64,000 bases of DNA from Opitutus sp. GAS368 (GCA_943329925.2 CALQFT020000002.1:33-64032); one strand, 5' to 3'. Numbered from the stretch's first letter, positions 29,187 through 38,564 are shown. Numbers and translations are program-made. Notes: a model not told the origin generated them from the letters alone.

Positions 29187-30290
29187 CTAGCCAATCTTCT
29201 CCAGCAGCCGGTTAACACTTACCTGCGCCTCGATCATTGCTTGGATCTTGTCGATTTTTTCGACATCGCCCGGCAGCGTTTTGATTGTCATCGAGTGAAT
29301 GCTGCTCGCCACATCGTAGCTGTCCAAGGGTGAGCTGATTACCGGCAAGTGCGAGTTGCGCAACAGCTCCAAAAGTGGCGCGTCGGGAAGCACATCGCCC
29401 GAAAGCACCAAGCCGGCCAACCGGTTGCCGTCCGGAACGCCTGGGTCCACCGACGTCAGGGCCGCCAACAAAATGTCCTCCCGGTCGCCGGGTGAAATAA
29501 TGAGCGTCCCAGCGGAAAAGAAGTCCGTGACGCGGGCCGTGCTCATTGCGCCGATGACCACTTTTTTTACTAGGCGGCGGGATTGGCTTCCTCCATGTAA
29601 AAAATTGCCCCGGATGATCTTGCTGATCTGACCGAGGTTAGGCTTCGCCAGCACCGGATCCTCCGGTATGCACCCCAAAAGCTCCACGCCGAGCCGCTCC
29701 AAACCGCGCCCGGCGAACTCGCGCACGGTATCGAATTTCGAGGGGAGGACCTTGTTGATAATGGCCCCGATGACCTCCACGCCTTCCTGTTGAAAGAGGG
29801 CCTTGTTGAGCGCAATCTCGTCCACAGGACGCCCAATACCGCCGCGGGTAATCAATATCGCCTTGCTCTGGAGCAGTCTCGCCACCCTCGCGTTGGAAAG
29901 GCCAAACACCGACCCCACTCCCGCATGACCGCTGCCTTCGATGATGACAAAATCCTTTTCCCAAGCCGCTCTGTCGAAGGAGTTTTGAATCCGGCGCACC
30001 AGCGAGGCGTGATGAACTTCCTCGACGTATTTTCGGGTGAAATCGGGCTCCACGGCGATGGGACTCATCGCCTCCAGAGGCGTGTGAACTTTGTAGGTCT
30101 CGTCGATGAGCACCGTGTCCTCATCAATGTTCCTTCCGTCGATAGTCACGAAGCGCTGTCCCACCGGCTTGATGTACCCTATGCGCCCGATGCGCTTACG
30201 CAGTGCCGCGAACAGCCCCAAACAGGTCGTGGTCTTGCCATCATTTTGTTCTGTGGCTGCTACAAAAATGCGGGGTGTTACCGTATTCAT
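29187..30290 (-). CDS. Pta N-terminal-like protein (P-loop AAA_26 + DRTGG domains)
   Basis: IFVAATEQNDGKTTTCLGL...IKPVGQ... and GTLIISPGDREDILLAAL...LVLSGDVLP...LPVISSPLDSYD align with the N-terminal half of E. coli-type Pta. Confidence 0.75.
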   Translation of the reverse strand: MNTVTPRIFVAATEQNDGKTTTCLGLFAALRKRIGRIGYIKPVGQRFVTIDGRNIDEDTVLIDETYKVHTPLEAMSPIAVEPDFTRKYVEEVHHASLVRRIQNSFDRAAWEKDFVIIEGSGHAGVGSVFGLSNARVARLLQSKAILITRGGIGRPVDEIALNKALFQQEGVEVIGAIINKVLPSKFDTVREFAGRGLERLGVELLGCIPEDPVLAKPNLGQISKIIRGNFLHGGSQSRRLVKKVVIGAMSTARVTDFFSAGTLIISPGDREDILLAALTSVDPGVPDGNRLAGLVLSGDVLPDAPLLELLRNSHLPVISSPLDSYDVASSIHSMTIKTLPGDVEKIDKIQAMIEAQVSVNRLLEKIG

Positions 30291-30299
30291 AGTGCAAAA

Positions 30300-31343
30300 C
30301 TACGACACCACTTTGCGGCTTTCCATCGCCAAGACCCCGAGAATGGCTGCCACTCCCAAAATATTGTCCTCTGTCGCTCCTCGGGAAAGGTCGGCGCTGG
30401 GGCGCGCAAGTCCCAGCAAAAGCTGGCCATAAGTTTCAGCCCCTGAGAGATATTGGACAAGCTTCACCGCTATATTGCTGCTTGCGAGGTCAGGGAAAAT
30501 CATCACGTTTGCACGGCCCGCCACGAGGCTCTGGGGCGCCTTCTTTGCTCCCAACTCTGGCAACAAAGCGGTGTCGGCCTGCATTTCTCCGTCAATTTCC
30601 ATCTCGATACCCCGCTGGCTCGCGCGCTGCCGCGCTAGCGCCGTGGCCGCCGCCACCTTTGCGGGGCCGGGCAGTCCTCCATTGCTAAACGTCGTGAAAG
30701 AAAGCATCGCGATGCGCGGCTTCATCCCCGTCAAAGTCCGGTACAAAATACCTGTCTCCACCGCGATATCAGCGAGCTGATCCACCGTGGGATCCGGAAT
30801 GACGGCGCAGTCCGCAAAGAACATGACCCCGCGCTCGCCGTAACGTTTGTTAGACAAATCCAGCGCGGTGCAGGAGGAGACGCTTTTTAGGTGAGGTTGG
30901 GGGCTGATTAACTGTAACAACGGCCGCAAAGTGCTCGCGGCCTCCTCTCCAGCGCCCGTCACAATGCCGTCCGCATGACCATATTGCACCATCATGGCGC
31001 CAAAATAGTTGGGCTTAATCATCAGCTTCTTTGCCATCAAGGGTCCGAGATCCCTGTAACGTTTAAGCGTCTCGAGCCGATCGCAAAACAACGCCAAATC
31101 CTCCGCGTGCGCCGGGTCAATTACCCCAACATGATCCAGACTCACGCCCTCCCGTTTTGCCACCGCCTCGATCTCCTCCCGCTCCCCCAGCAACACAGGT
31201 GTCCCCAAGCCCAACTTCACATATCGTGAGGCGGCTCGCTGCACCCGCGGCTCGGTCCCCTCAGGAAACACGATTCGCTTGGGACTTTTACGCAGTCTCT
31301 CATAAATGTTGCCGATAAACTTAATCACCCCTTCACTCTGCAC
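30300..31343 (-). CDS. pta: phosphate acetyltransferase catalytic (PTA_PTB) protein
   Basis: KRIVFPEGTEPRV...GHADGIVTGA...ADCAVIPDPT...FPDLASSNIAVK...DLSRGA. The start is uncertain: GTG 31343 (AGGGG lies 6 nt upstream), GTG 31328, or the longer track ORF reaching 31472. Confidence 0.85.
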   Translation of the reverse strand: MQSEGVIKFIGNIYERLRKSPKRIVFPEGTEPRVQRAASRYVKLGLGTPVLLGEREEIEAVAKREGVSLDHVGVIDPAHAEDLALFCDRLETLKRYRDLGPLMAKKLMIKPNYFGAMMVQYGHADGIVTGAGEEAASTLRPLLQLISPQPHLKSVSSCTALDLSNKRYGERGVMFFADCAVIPDPTVDQLADIAVETGILYRTLTGMKPRIAMLSFTTFSNGGLPGPAKVAAATALARQRASQRGIEMEIDGEMQADTALLPELGAKKAPQSLVAGRANVMIFPDLASSNIAVKLVQYLSGAETYGQLLLGLARPSADLSRGATEDNILGVAAILGVLAMESRKVVS

Positions 31344-31407
31344 AAAACACCCCTGATGGGCGAATCTTGAATTCTGCCCCAACTGAGCCAAGCTTACTTT
31401 CTTTTCT

Positions 31408-32367
31408 ATGACCCCATCCAAGCCCGTTCCTGTCAGCATCCTCACTGGTTTTCTCGGTGCCGGCAAAACCACATTGCTTAACTACATCCTCAAACAGCAG
31501 CACAGCTACAAGTTTGCAGTGATCATCAACGAGATAGGCAAGATCGGTGTCGACGGCCAACTCGTGGAGCGACAGCAGGAGGAAATTGTGGAAATGAGCA
31601 ACGGCTGTTTGTGCTGCACCGTTCGCAAAGACCTTGTCAAAGGGGTGCAAAACCTCCTCAAAAAGGGCGGCTTCGACTATCTGCTGATCGAGACCACGGG
31701 CATCGCCGAACCCGGCCCCATCGCACAGACCTTCCTTAACATCCCGGCCCTTCAGCAGCTCGTGCGCATGGATTCCATCATCACCGTGGTTGATGCGGAG
31801 CACATTCTCAAGCAGCTCAGTGAGTTGGAAACTGCCCGCGAACAGATCCGGATGGCCGACTTCCTTCTGCTGAACAAAACCGACCTCGTGGATGAAGCCG
31901 CCCTGCTCACCGCCGAGGCAAAAATCCGCGAACTAAATCCGCACGCGACTTTGTTTCGGACCAACCAGTCGCAAGTTAACCTCAACGAGTTGCTCGACAT
32001 GCACGCCTTCGACGTGGAGCAAAAGCTCTCAGTGGATCCCAAGTTCCTGGATGAACTCAGCCAGCGGCATCACCACGAAATTAATTCCGTCTCCTTTGAA
32101 TTCGAGAAGCCCTTCAGCGTGGAAGCCCTCGAAATGTTTGTTCAAGAGCTTTCCGAAAAAGAAAAAATCTTCCGTTCCAAGGGTTTTCTCTGGATCGAGG
32201 GCAATCCGCGACGGGCCATTTTCCACGGGGTGAACAATCGCTTTACCCTGCTGTGGGATCGGCTCTGGGAAAAAGGCGAGGCGCGCAAAAGTCAGTTGGT
32301 GTTCATCGGGCGGGAGATCAACGAGGGACGCATTCGCGCTGAGTTGGAGCAGTGCATGGTGAAATAG
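31408..32367 (+). CDS. COG0523/CobW-family G3E GTPase (putative metallochaperone)
   Basis: [17 protein letters not shown] (P-loop), the metal motif [14 protein letters not shown], and a CobW_C-like C-terminal domain. Confidence 0.85.
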   Translation: MTPSKPVPVSILTGFLGAGKTTLLNYILKQQHSYKFAVIINEIGKIGVDGQLVERQQEEIVEMSNGCLCCTVRKDLVKGVQNLLKKGGFDYLLIETTGIAEPGPIAQTFLNIPALQQLVRMDSIITVVDAEHILKQLSELETAREQIRMADFLLLNKTDLVDEAALLTAEAKIRELNPHATLFRTNQSQVNLNELLDMHAFDVEQKLSVDPKFLDELSQRHHHEINSVSFEFEKPFSVEALEMFVQELSEKEKIFRSKGFLWIEGNPRRAIFHGVNNRFTLLWDRLWEKGEARKSQLVFIGREINEGRIRAELEQCMVK

Positions 32368-32509
32368 GGCGGGGCATTTAGGACGCAGCGTGCAGGCCGG
32401 ACGAAGCCCGTCAAAGAATAAGGAACAACACATCCTCGCCAATGCCGCCTGGCTCAACTGCGCGGGGTTGGCTCAACACCCGAAGTGAGCATGGATGAGG
32501 GATGCGTTT

Positions 32510-33808
32510 CTATAAAATAAGTCTGAGCATAATTTGTTCTGGGGAAAAACTTTCCTTGAACATCGCCATGCTCGCCTGGCTCAAGATTTGACTATGCCTC
32601 AGGGCGCTTAATTCGCGCGGAATATCTGTATCCCGGGCCATGCTCAAAACACTTTGGAGTTGGATTGAGTTGTTTTGTCCCGTTTCCATTGCCATCTGAA
32701 GATGATTTTGAGCAGCAGCATTGCTCGCCTCCAGTTGGGCGAGGTCGGAAAGAGCAGAATCAACGGTGCCGGCGCTAATTTGAGAAAGCGTGGGGGCCGG
32801 GATTTCCTCGAGGTGGCCCGGAGTGGTTGAGGTGGAACCGGATTTTTCCAAAATGTAACCATCAACGGTTGTTGTTAAAGTGAGGAAACCCAGAACCATA
32901 TTGTAAGCGTTAATCCATTTATTCGGGCTTGCAGTATAGCCGGAAGAAAACTTCGCCAATGTGTTTCCAGGAATGTCCTGCCCATTGATTTGGATCATCA
33001 CAAATGGATAAGCAGAGCTCCACGCGGAGAAGGTAAAAGGTTCTCCGGAGACCCATTCCCAACCGTTTGAGGTGAGCTTGGCGCCTAGCCAAGCTTCATT
33101 GTTGAAATTCGCCCCCAAGGACGCTTGGATTTGGTTCCATTCGGTTTGACTGGTCACTGTTGCCAAATACCCCCCCTTGGATTCCGCATCTGATTTGGCT
33201 TCGCTCCAAGTGCCGGGTTTAGTCACATACGCGTAGCTGTTTGGATTTTGCGTGCTGGTTCCCGCGACGTAACGATACGAAACATTAGCGAACACATCAG
33301 CTAAACCCGAGTCGCTCAGGTTGGGCTGGGGGAGTTGGATGGACTGGGTGCCATTGGCGTTGGACACTTGGAGCGCCTCGCCGTTGGTGGCTGTCGCAAA
33401 CAGGGATAATCCGTTAAAAGACCCACTTTTCAACTGATTGTAGACTTCTTTGAGTTGGGAAAACTCTGCTTGATAGGAAGCCTTGTCGGACTCCGAGCGG
33501 GTCGCGTCGTTAAGCATCCCCTTCAACTCGCTGACTTGGTCCAGAAGCGCTCTAATGCCCATTAGGGCATCCTCTTGCGCATGGAGGTAAGACAAGGCGC
33601 TGGACATGGTTGCCATGCGAGTGGTTACAGCAGCAGACGTTGCGCTAATTTGCATCGAAACGGCTGCCCCAGAGGGATCTTCGGCATTTGTTTGGACCGT
33701 CGAGCCAGAGGAAAGCCGGCCCAGACTTAATTGGGTAGCTGCAACAGCACGTTGTAACGGCTGAACATTTCGCGCTGAAAAGTTGCTGAGAGGATTGATT
33801 GTTAACAT
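32510..33808 (-). CDS. flagellin-like protein with C-type lectin-like central domain
   Basis: Flagellin N-terminal helices (INPL..., GRLSSGSTVQTNAEDPSGAAV, ...SFNGLSLF). Flagellin C-terminal helices (AAQNHLQMAMETGQNNSIQLQSVLSMARDTDIPRELSALRHSQILSQASMAMF...LRLIL). Central CTLD motifs: TWSEAKSDAESKGGYLATVTSQTEWNQI, EAWLGAKLTSNGWEWVSGEPFTFSAW and GYILE. Confidence 0.75.
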   Translation of the reverse strand: MLTINPLSNFSARNVQPLQRAVAATQLSLGRLSSGSTVQTNAEDPSGAAVSMQISATSAAVTTRMATMSSALSYLHAQEDALMGIRALLDQVSELKGMLNDATRSESDKASYQAEFSQLKEVYNQLKSGSFNGLSLFATATNGEALQVSNANGTQSIQLPQPNLSDSGLADVFANVSYRYVAGTSTQNPNSYAYVTKPGTWSEAKSDAESKGGYLATVTSQTEWNQIQASLGANFNNEAWLGAKLTSNGWEWVSGEPFTFSAWSSAYPFVMIQINGQDIPGNTLAKFSSGYTASPNKWINAYNMVLGFLTLTTTVDGYILEKSGSTSTTPGHLEEIPAPTLSQISAGTVDSALSDLAQLEASNAAAQNHLQMAMETGQNNSIQLQSVLSMARDTDIPRELSALRHSQILSQASMAMFKESFSPEQIMLRLIL

Positions 33809-34118
33809 CGCTCAGGGGAGATTTGCGAGGATTGAAGGCTTCTTGGACGTTGAGAAAACGAGGCAGGAATTGTATACGTTTTTTAGCTGAGTGGAAATCA
33901 GCATGCAATTCCAAAAGGCTCGAAACATATGCATTTAAACTCAGCAAGGGAGTGAGTTGAATGGGGGCGCGTCTATCAGGAAATGGGGGTTCAAATGGCA
34001 TGCGGTTTACACGAGTAGCCGCGCTGAGTTTGGGTTTGCTGGCAATGAAATTTTGTCGAGTTGGGCTGACTTTTGAGTTTGGCGGGAGCGTTTGAGCATC
34101 GATTATTACGGTTTTCTC

Positions 34119-34571
34119 ATGAATCACTCCACAACACGCTGGGCGGCACGGTTGGGCATCGGCGGGCCGGTGGGTTCTGGGAAAAACATGCTGGTTTTGC
34201 GGCTTTGCCAGTGGCTGCGCGAGGAGTTGTCCATTGTCCTGGTCACCAACGACATCGACACCCGCGAGGACGCCGAGTTTCTTGCACGCAAGGAGGCGCT
34301 GGCTCCCGGGCGCTTTGGGGATGGTGCGAACGTGGTGCGGAAGCTGCACGACTTGCAGCAAGAGGAGGTCTGGGTGGGATCGAGTCGGCTCGGGGAGAGG
34401 GGTGTGTGCGTCCGTGTTTTGGCTCAGGATGCGCCGACATTGCGGGCGGTCCAGGAGAAGTTGCGGGCAAATACGTTACGCGGCGCTCGGTCGGCGGGAG
34501 CCCAGTTTGCGGCGGGTGGTGGGTCGCTAAAACTCAGTGTCGCGACACACTTGTTTCCAGATTGGCGTTAA
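34119..34571 (+). pseudogene. ureG: urease accessory GTPase UreG remnant (N-terminal ~65 aa only)
   Basis: [55 protein letters not shown] matches the UreG N-terminus, but the P-loop Thr is Asn. The conserved GVETGGCPHTAIRED block and everything after it are missing. The remaining ORF looks like random sequence. Confidence 0.6.
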
Positions 34572-34676
34572 ATTGTGACAAATTTTCTTGTCGAAGCACG
34601 ATATTTGTAGGCAAGACAGAGCTCGACACGGGTTGTAACAGCCCCCCGGCTGCCCGTCTCACAACCAAACATACCT

Positions 34677-35567
34677 ATGACGAACAAATCCGTCGCACAG
34701 ATCTGTGCAATCGCAGCAGTAGTAATTATGCCCTCCCTTTCCTGGGCCGGCACCCCCACCAAGTCCGTGGCTTCGAAAGCTCCCGCCCCGGAGAAACTCA
34801 ACGAAAGCTTCATCACCGGTGATATCGGTCTGAATGTTGTTTCCTCCTATTATTTCCACGGCGTTATGGAGGCCAACCACTCACCGAGCTTCCAGCCTTA
34901 CGCGGATATATTCCTCAAGGCGTATGAAGGCGATGGCTTCCTCAACAAGGTCGTCTTTGGTATTGGGGTTTGGGAATCCTACAACACCGACGCTAAGTAC
35001 GGACGTACTGGCAAGAATTCTGCCTGGTTTGAACATGATGTGACCCCTTCTGTCGCATTGAGTTTCGGCAAGGTGACAATCACGGAAACCTACCAGTTCT
35101 TCTCCTCGCCCAACGATCGGTTTTTAGACAGTCAGGCATTGAACTCGAAGCTCTCCTTCGATGACGCGGATCTACTCGGAGCATTTGCCCTTCATCCGTC
35201 GGTTTCCTTGACTCATGAAATTGATGGCAAGCAGGCAATTGATGGCCGTGACGCCGCTAATGCTGGCCCCGCCTCAAAGCACGGCAACTACTGGGAAGCT
35301 GCTGTGGCACCCAGCTATTCTGCTGGCCCTGTGACGCTGACTCTGCCTTTGGTCATAGGGATTGGTTCGCAAAATTACTATAAAGGGAACGGTTACGGCT
35401 TCTTCTCTGCCGGACTTAACGTCGCCTACACGCTGCCTATTTCCAAGAGCTACGGCACTTGGACGGCGAACGCAGGCGCGACTTACTACACGATCGACAA
35501 CAAAGTTGTTGGCAACAATGCCAACAGAGATGTTGTAGCCCAAGGCGGGCTTGGCGTTGCGTTCTAG
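34677..35567 (+). CDS. outer-membrane beta-barrel protein (TorF/Gcw_chp-like putative porin)
   Basis: Signal peptide (AIAAVVIMPSLSWA), alternating amphipathic strands and a C-terminal ...GGLGVAF. The N-terminal pattern ITGDIGLNVVSSYYFHGV resembles TorF-family porins. Confidence 0.55.
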   Translation: MTNKSVAQICAIAAVVIMPSLSWAGTPTKSVASKAPAPEKLNESFITGDIGLNVVSSYYFHGVMEANHSPSFQPYADIFLKAYEGDGFLNKVVFGIGVWESYNTDAKYGRTGKNSAWFEHDVTPSVALSFGKVTITETYQFFSSPNDRFLDSQALNSKLSFDDADLLGAFALHPSVSLTHEIDGKQAIDGRDAANAGPASKHGNYWEAAVAPSYSAGPVTLTLPLVIGIGSQNYYKGNGYGFFSAGLNVAYTLPISKSYGTWTANAGATYYTIDNKVVGNNANRDVVAQGGLGVAF

Positions 35568-35597
35568 TCGAACCACTGCGTTTCATCTAGTCTAAAG

Positions 35598-35630
35598 GGG
35601 CAGTCCTTCGGGGCTGCCCTTTTTCTTTTC
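35598..35630 (+). terminator. Rho-independent terminator
   Basis: A 9-bp stem GGGCAGTCC / GGGCTGCCC with a TTCG tetraloop, followed by TTTTTCTTTT. Confidence 0.8.
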
Positions 35631-35672
35631 GGGCCGCTGGCTTCTCCCGCTCTCCCCCGCTACATACCATAC

Positions 35673-36782
35673 ATGCTCTCTCGCGTTGACGTCGATCTCG
35701 GCGCTCGTTCCTACCCCGTTCTATGCGGTACCGGCTGCCTGCCGCAGCTCGGAGCCACGTTGCGCGCGCACGGGCTCGCTCACACCAACGCTTTCGTTCT
35801 TACAAACTCCGTTGTCGCCGCGCTTTATTTTTCCACAGTGGAACACTCCCTCTCGGAAGTCGGCTTTGAGCGGGTTGTGCTTCAGGAGATCCCCGCCACT
35901 GAGGAGGGTAAAAACTGGGAAGTATTTTCCGAGACATGTGCCGCGCTCTTGCGTCATTTCCCAGACGCAGGTGCTTCTCCTCTGGTGATCCTGCTTGGTG
36001 GCGGCGTGGTGGGAGATCTGGGTGGCTTTGCGGCGGCCGTTTACCGCCGGGGTGTGCCTTTTGTACAGGTACCAACGACGCTCTTGGCCGCCGTTGACTC
36101 GAGTGTCGGAGGCAAGGTCGCCGTCAATTTCGGCGGCGTGAAAAACATCATGGGGGCGTTTTCGCAACCACGGCTGGTCCTGTGCGACTTGGCCACGCTC
36201 TCCACGCTTCCCGCACGGGAATTGCGCTCTGGGACGGCTGAAGTCATCAAGTATGGGGCGGTATGTTGCGGAACTTTATTTGCGGATTTGGAGGCTGGCT
36301 TGTTGGAAAAGCTGCTCGCGCAAGAACCCGCCGCGCTCGTGGATGTGGTGACGCGGTGCGTCCGCCTGAAGGCCGCCGTGGTGGAGCGGGATGAATTCGA
36401 CAAGCTGGGCATCCGCAATGTGTTGAATTTCGGCCACACCATAGGCCATGCGCTGGAATTGAGCGCCGAATACGCGCTTACCCATGGGGAGGCCATCGCC
36501 ATCGGCATGACGGCCGCCACGCGTCTCGCCCTCCGCCTCGGGCTGTGCGATGCGACTTTCCAGGCCCGTCTCGAAGCGCTCCTGACGCGCGCCGGGCTGC
36601 CGCTGGCTTACCCCGGTCACGCCGGGTTGTTTGAGCCGATGGCACGCGCCTTGCAATTAGACAAAAAGTTCCAGCGCGGCAAAAATGTGTTCGTCCTCCC
36701 ATTAGCGCCTGGTTCCTGGCGGCAGGTCGAGGACGTCCCATGGCCGCTTGTTCACGAAATTATGCGTTCCGTTATTGAATGA
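35673..36782 (+). CDS. aroB: 3-dehydroquinate synthase
   Basis: GGGVVGDLGGFAAAVYRRGVPFVQVPTTLLAAVDSSVGGKVAVN...NFGHTIGHALE. Confidence 0.9.
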   Translation: MLSRVDVDLGARSYPVLCGTGCLPQLGATLRAHGLAHTNAFVLTNSVVAALYFSTVEHSLSEVGFERVVLQEIPATEEGKNWEVFSETCAALLRHFPDAGASPLVILLGGGVVGDLGGFAAAVYRRGVPFVQVPTTLLAAVDSSVGGKVAVNFGGVKNIMGAFSQPRLVLCDLATLSTLPARELRSGTAEVIKYGAVCCGTLFADLEAGLLEKLLAQEPAALVDVVTRCVRLKAAVVERDEFDKLGIRNVLNFGHTIGHALELSAEYALTHGEAIAIGMTAATRLALRLGLCDATFQARLEALLTRAGLPLAYPGHAGLFEPMARALQLDKKFQRGKNVFVLPLAPGSWRQVEDVPWPLVHEIMRSVIE

Positions 36783-36809
36783 CACAGGCCCGCACTTCAC
36801 TCCTTTCCC

Positions 36810-37688
36810 ATGCTTTTACACGCTCCTGAACTTCCTGGAATCCAAAAAGTTGCCTCTGGCAAAGTCCGCGACATTTTCGCCGTAGGCGAGCACCTTCTGC
36901 TGGTCGCCTCAGATCGCATTTCGGCCTTTGACTGCATTTTGCCCACTGCCATTCCGCAAAAAGGCGAGGTTCTCACCCGTCTGTCTGCATTCTGGTTTGA
37001 GCAATTCGACTTTCTGCCGAATCACATTGTAACCACCGATTTTTCACAGTTTCCCAGTGCGCTGAAGCCATTTCAGTCCCAGCTGGAGGGCCGTTCAATG
37101 CTGGTGAAAAAAGCGGCGCCTCTGCCCGTAGAATGCGTCGTGCGCGGCTATCTGGCTGGCTCTGGGTGGAAGGAGTACCTTCAGTCTCAAAGCGTGTGTG
37201 GCATTCCCCTCCCAAAGGGGATTGAGCAGGCGGGGCTTTTGCCTGAAACACTATTCACCCCCTCCACTAAGGCGGCCTCCGGTCACGACGAAAACATCTC
37301 TTGGGATGAGTGTCGCCGTCTTCTGGGCGATTCCGTCGCCGGACAAGTACGCTCCTATTCGGTGCGGTTGTATGAAACCGCGCGGATTCGGGCGGCGGAG
37401 AAGGGCATCATCATCGCGGATACCAAGTTTGAGTTCGGGCTTTTGGATGGGGCGGTAATTTTGATTGATGAGTGCCTTACCCCGGATTCTTCACGCTTCT
37501 GGCCAGCGTCGGGTTACGCGCCTGGAATGAGCCCTCCAAGCTTCGACAAGCAGTTCGTGCGCGACTATTTGGAGACGTTGACGTGGGACAAAACGCCTCC
37601 CGCCCCGGCGTTGCCCGAAGAGATTGTCGCTCGCACTCGGGCCAAATACATAGAGGCATACGAGCGTCTTACTGGCCTGCCCTTTTAA
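36810..37688 (+). CDS. purC: phosphoribosylaminoimidazole-succinocarboxamide synthase
   Basis: GKVRDIF...LLLVASDRISAFD...VECVVRGYLAGSGW...ADTKFEFG...DSSRFW. Confidence 0.95.
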   Translation: MLLHAPELPGIQKVASGKVRDIFAVGEHLLLVASDRISAFDCILPTAIPQKGEVLTRLSAFWFEQFDFLPNHIVTTDFSQFPSALKPFQSQLEGRSMLVKKAAPLPVECVVRGYLAGSGWKEYLQSQSVCGIPLPKGIEQAGLLPETLFTPSTKAASGHDENISWDECRRLLGDSVAGQVRSYSVRLYETARIRAAEKGIIIADTKFEFGLLDGAVILIDECLTPDSSRFWPASGYAPGMSPPSFDKQFVRDYLETLTWDKTPPAPALPEEIVARTRAKYIEAYERLTGLPF

Positions 37689-38419
37689 ATCTTCCACTGC
37701 GCCCGGTTGCGCGTGCCGAACTCGTTAAATTCGCCCGGTGAAGAGTAGTTGATGTAAATAGACAGGCTGGTGACACTGATGACGGTCACCGCAAACACGC
37801 CCACCACCAACCAAGGCGCCATGCCGTGTCCCGTCGCCACAGCATCAAAAAACGTCTGCCAAGAGCAGACCGGGGTTGGGGCATGAATGAAAATCTTGGT
37901 CATCCATGCCCCTAGGATGAGTATAAAGAGGTAGATATAGTTTCGCTTCAATCGCCGCCCCAGCGCTTCGAACTTGCTGATTTTAAACGAAGGCAGTAGC
38001 AGATCCTCGCACATCATTCGCTGCCAGTCCCCCTGCAAAAGATGAGTGTTTTGAAGCACCATCGGCACTAGAAAATGCGCCTCCAATAAGCGGACCCGCG
38101 CCCGAAATGCATCATAAAAGCGGTACCGTCGACTTTCGATCCACAGCAGCATCCAGACAACCGCGATATTGAAAAAGAAAATCCCGTGGGGAACGTCTCG
38201 AATCGAAAACGCGACGGTAAATACAGTGGAGGTGACGGTAATCGCCCAGTTTGTCGTCGCATCCAACCGCGTGCGCCACACCATGATGCGACCCAATTCG
38301 CCCCGGTAAAAGTGGGACATTGCATTGACGTAACTAGGGTCGAAAAGCGCCGGCTTAGGTGGTTGTCCTGTGTCGCCACCCTCGGGCATGGGAAAGGTTT
38401 TGGGCAGGGGAAATTCCAT
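37685..38419 (-). CDS. DUF2270 family membrane protein
   Basis: HFYRGELGRIMVWRTRLDATTNWAITV...IESRRYRFYDAFRARVRLLE. ATG at 38419; the track ORF starts at 38473. Confidence 0.7.
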   Translation of the reverse strand: MEFPLPKTFPMPEGGDTGQPPKPALFDPSYVNAMSHFYRGELGRIMVWRTRLDATTNWAITVTSTVFTVAFSIRDVPHGIFFFNIAVVWMLLWIESRRYRFYDAFRARVRLLEAHFLVPMVLQNTHLLQGDWQRMMCEDLLLPSFKISKFEALGRRLKRNYIYLFILILGAWMTKIFIHAPTPVCSWQTFFDAVATGHGMAPWLVVGVFAVTVISVTSLSIYINYSSPGEFNEFGTRNRAQWKI

Positions 38420-38528
38420 AGCGGCAAATAATTTGGTTCCATTTCGATGCAGATAAACCCGGCAAAACCGCATCTAAAATCCAACGGCGCCCACTTGCGC
38501 AACGTTCCCTCGCGCAATTTATTGTAAA

Positions 38529-38564
38529 GGGCGCTAGGGGCGCTAGGGGCGCTAGGGGCGCTAA
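38529..38564. repeat. 9-bp tandem repeat GGGCGCTAG x4
   Basis: A direct read: gggcgctag gggcgctag gggcgctag gggcgctaa. It abuts and includes the stop codon of the gene at 38561-39448. Confidence 0.85.

Noticed and set aside
33809-33960. Sigma-28 (FliA) promoter upstream of the flagellin-like gene
   Set aside because: The best candidate is CTAAA-N16/17-GCCTCGTT. It matches only the TAAA and GCC parts of the TAAA-N15-GCCGATAA consensus, which is too weak to call.
33645-34822. Long ORFs 33645-34361 (minus strand, 238 aa) and 34073-34822 (plus strand, 249 aa) spanning the flagellin-ureG-porin gaps
   Set aside because: Both overlap better-supported features. They have compositions rich in Arg, Gly, Cys and Trp, cross obvious intergenic DNA, and show no family resemblance.
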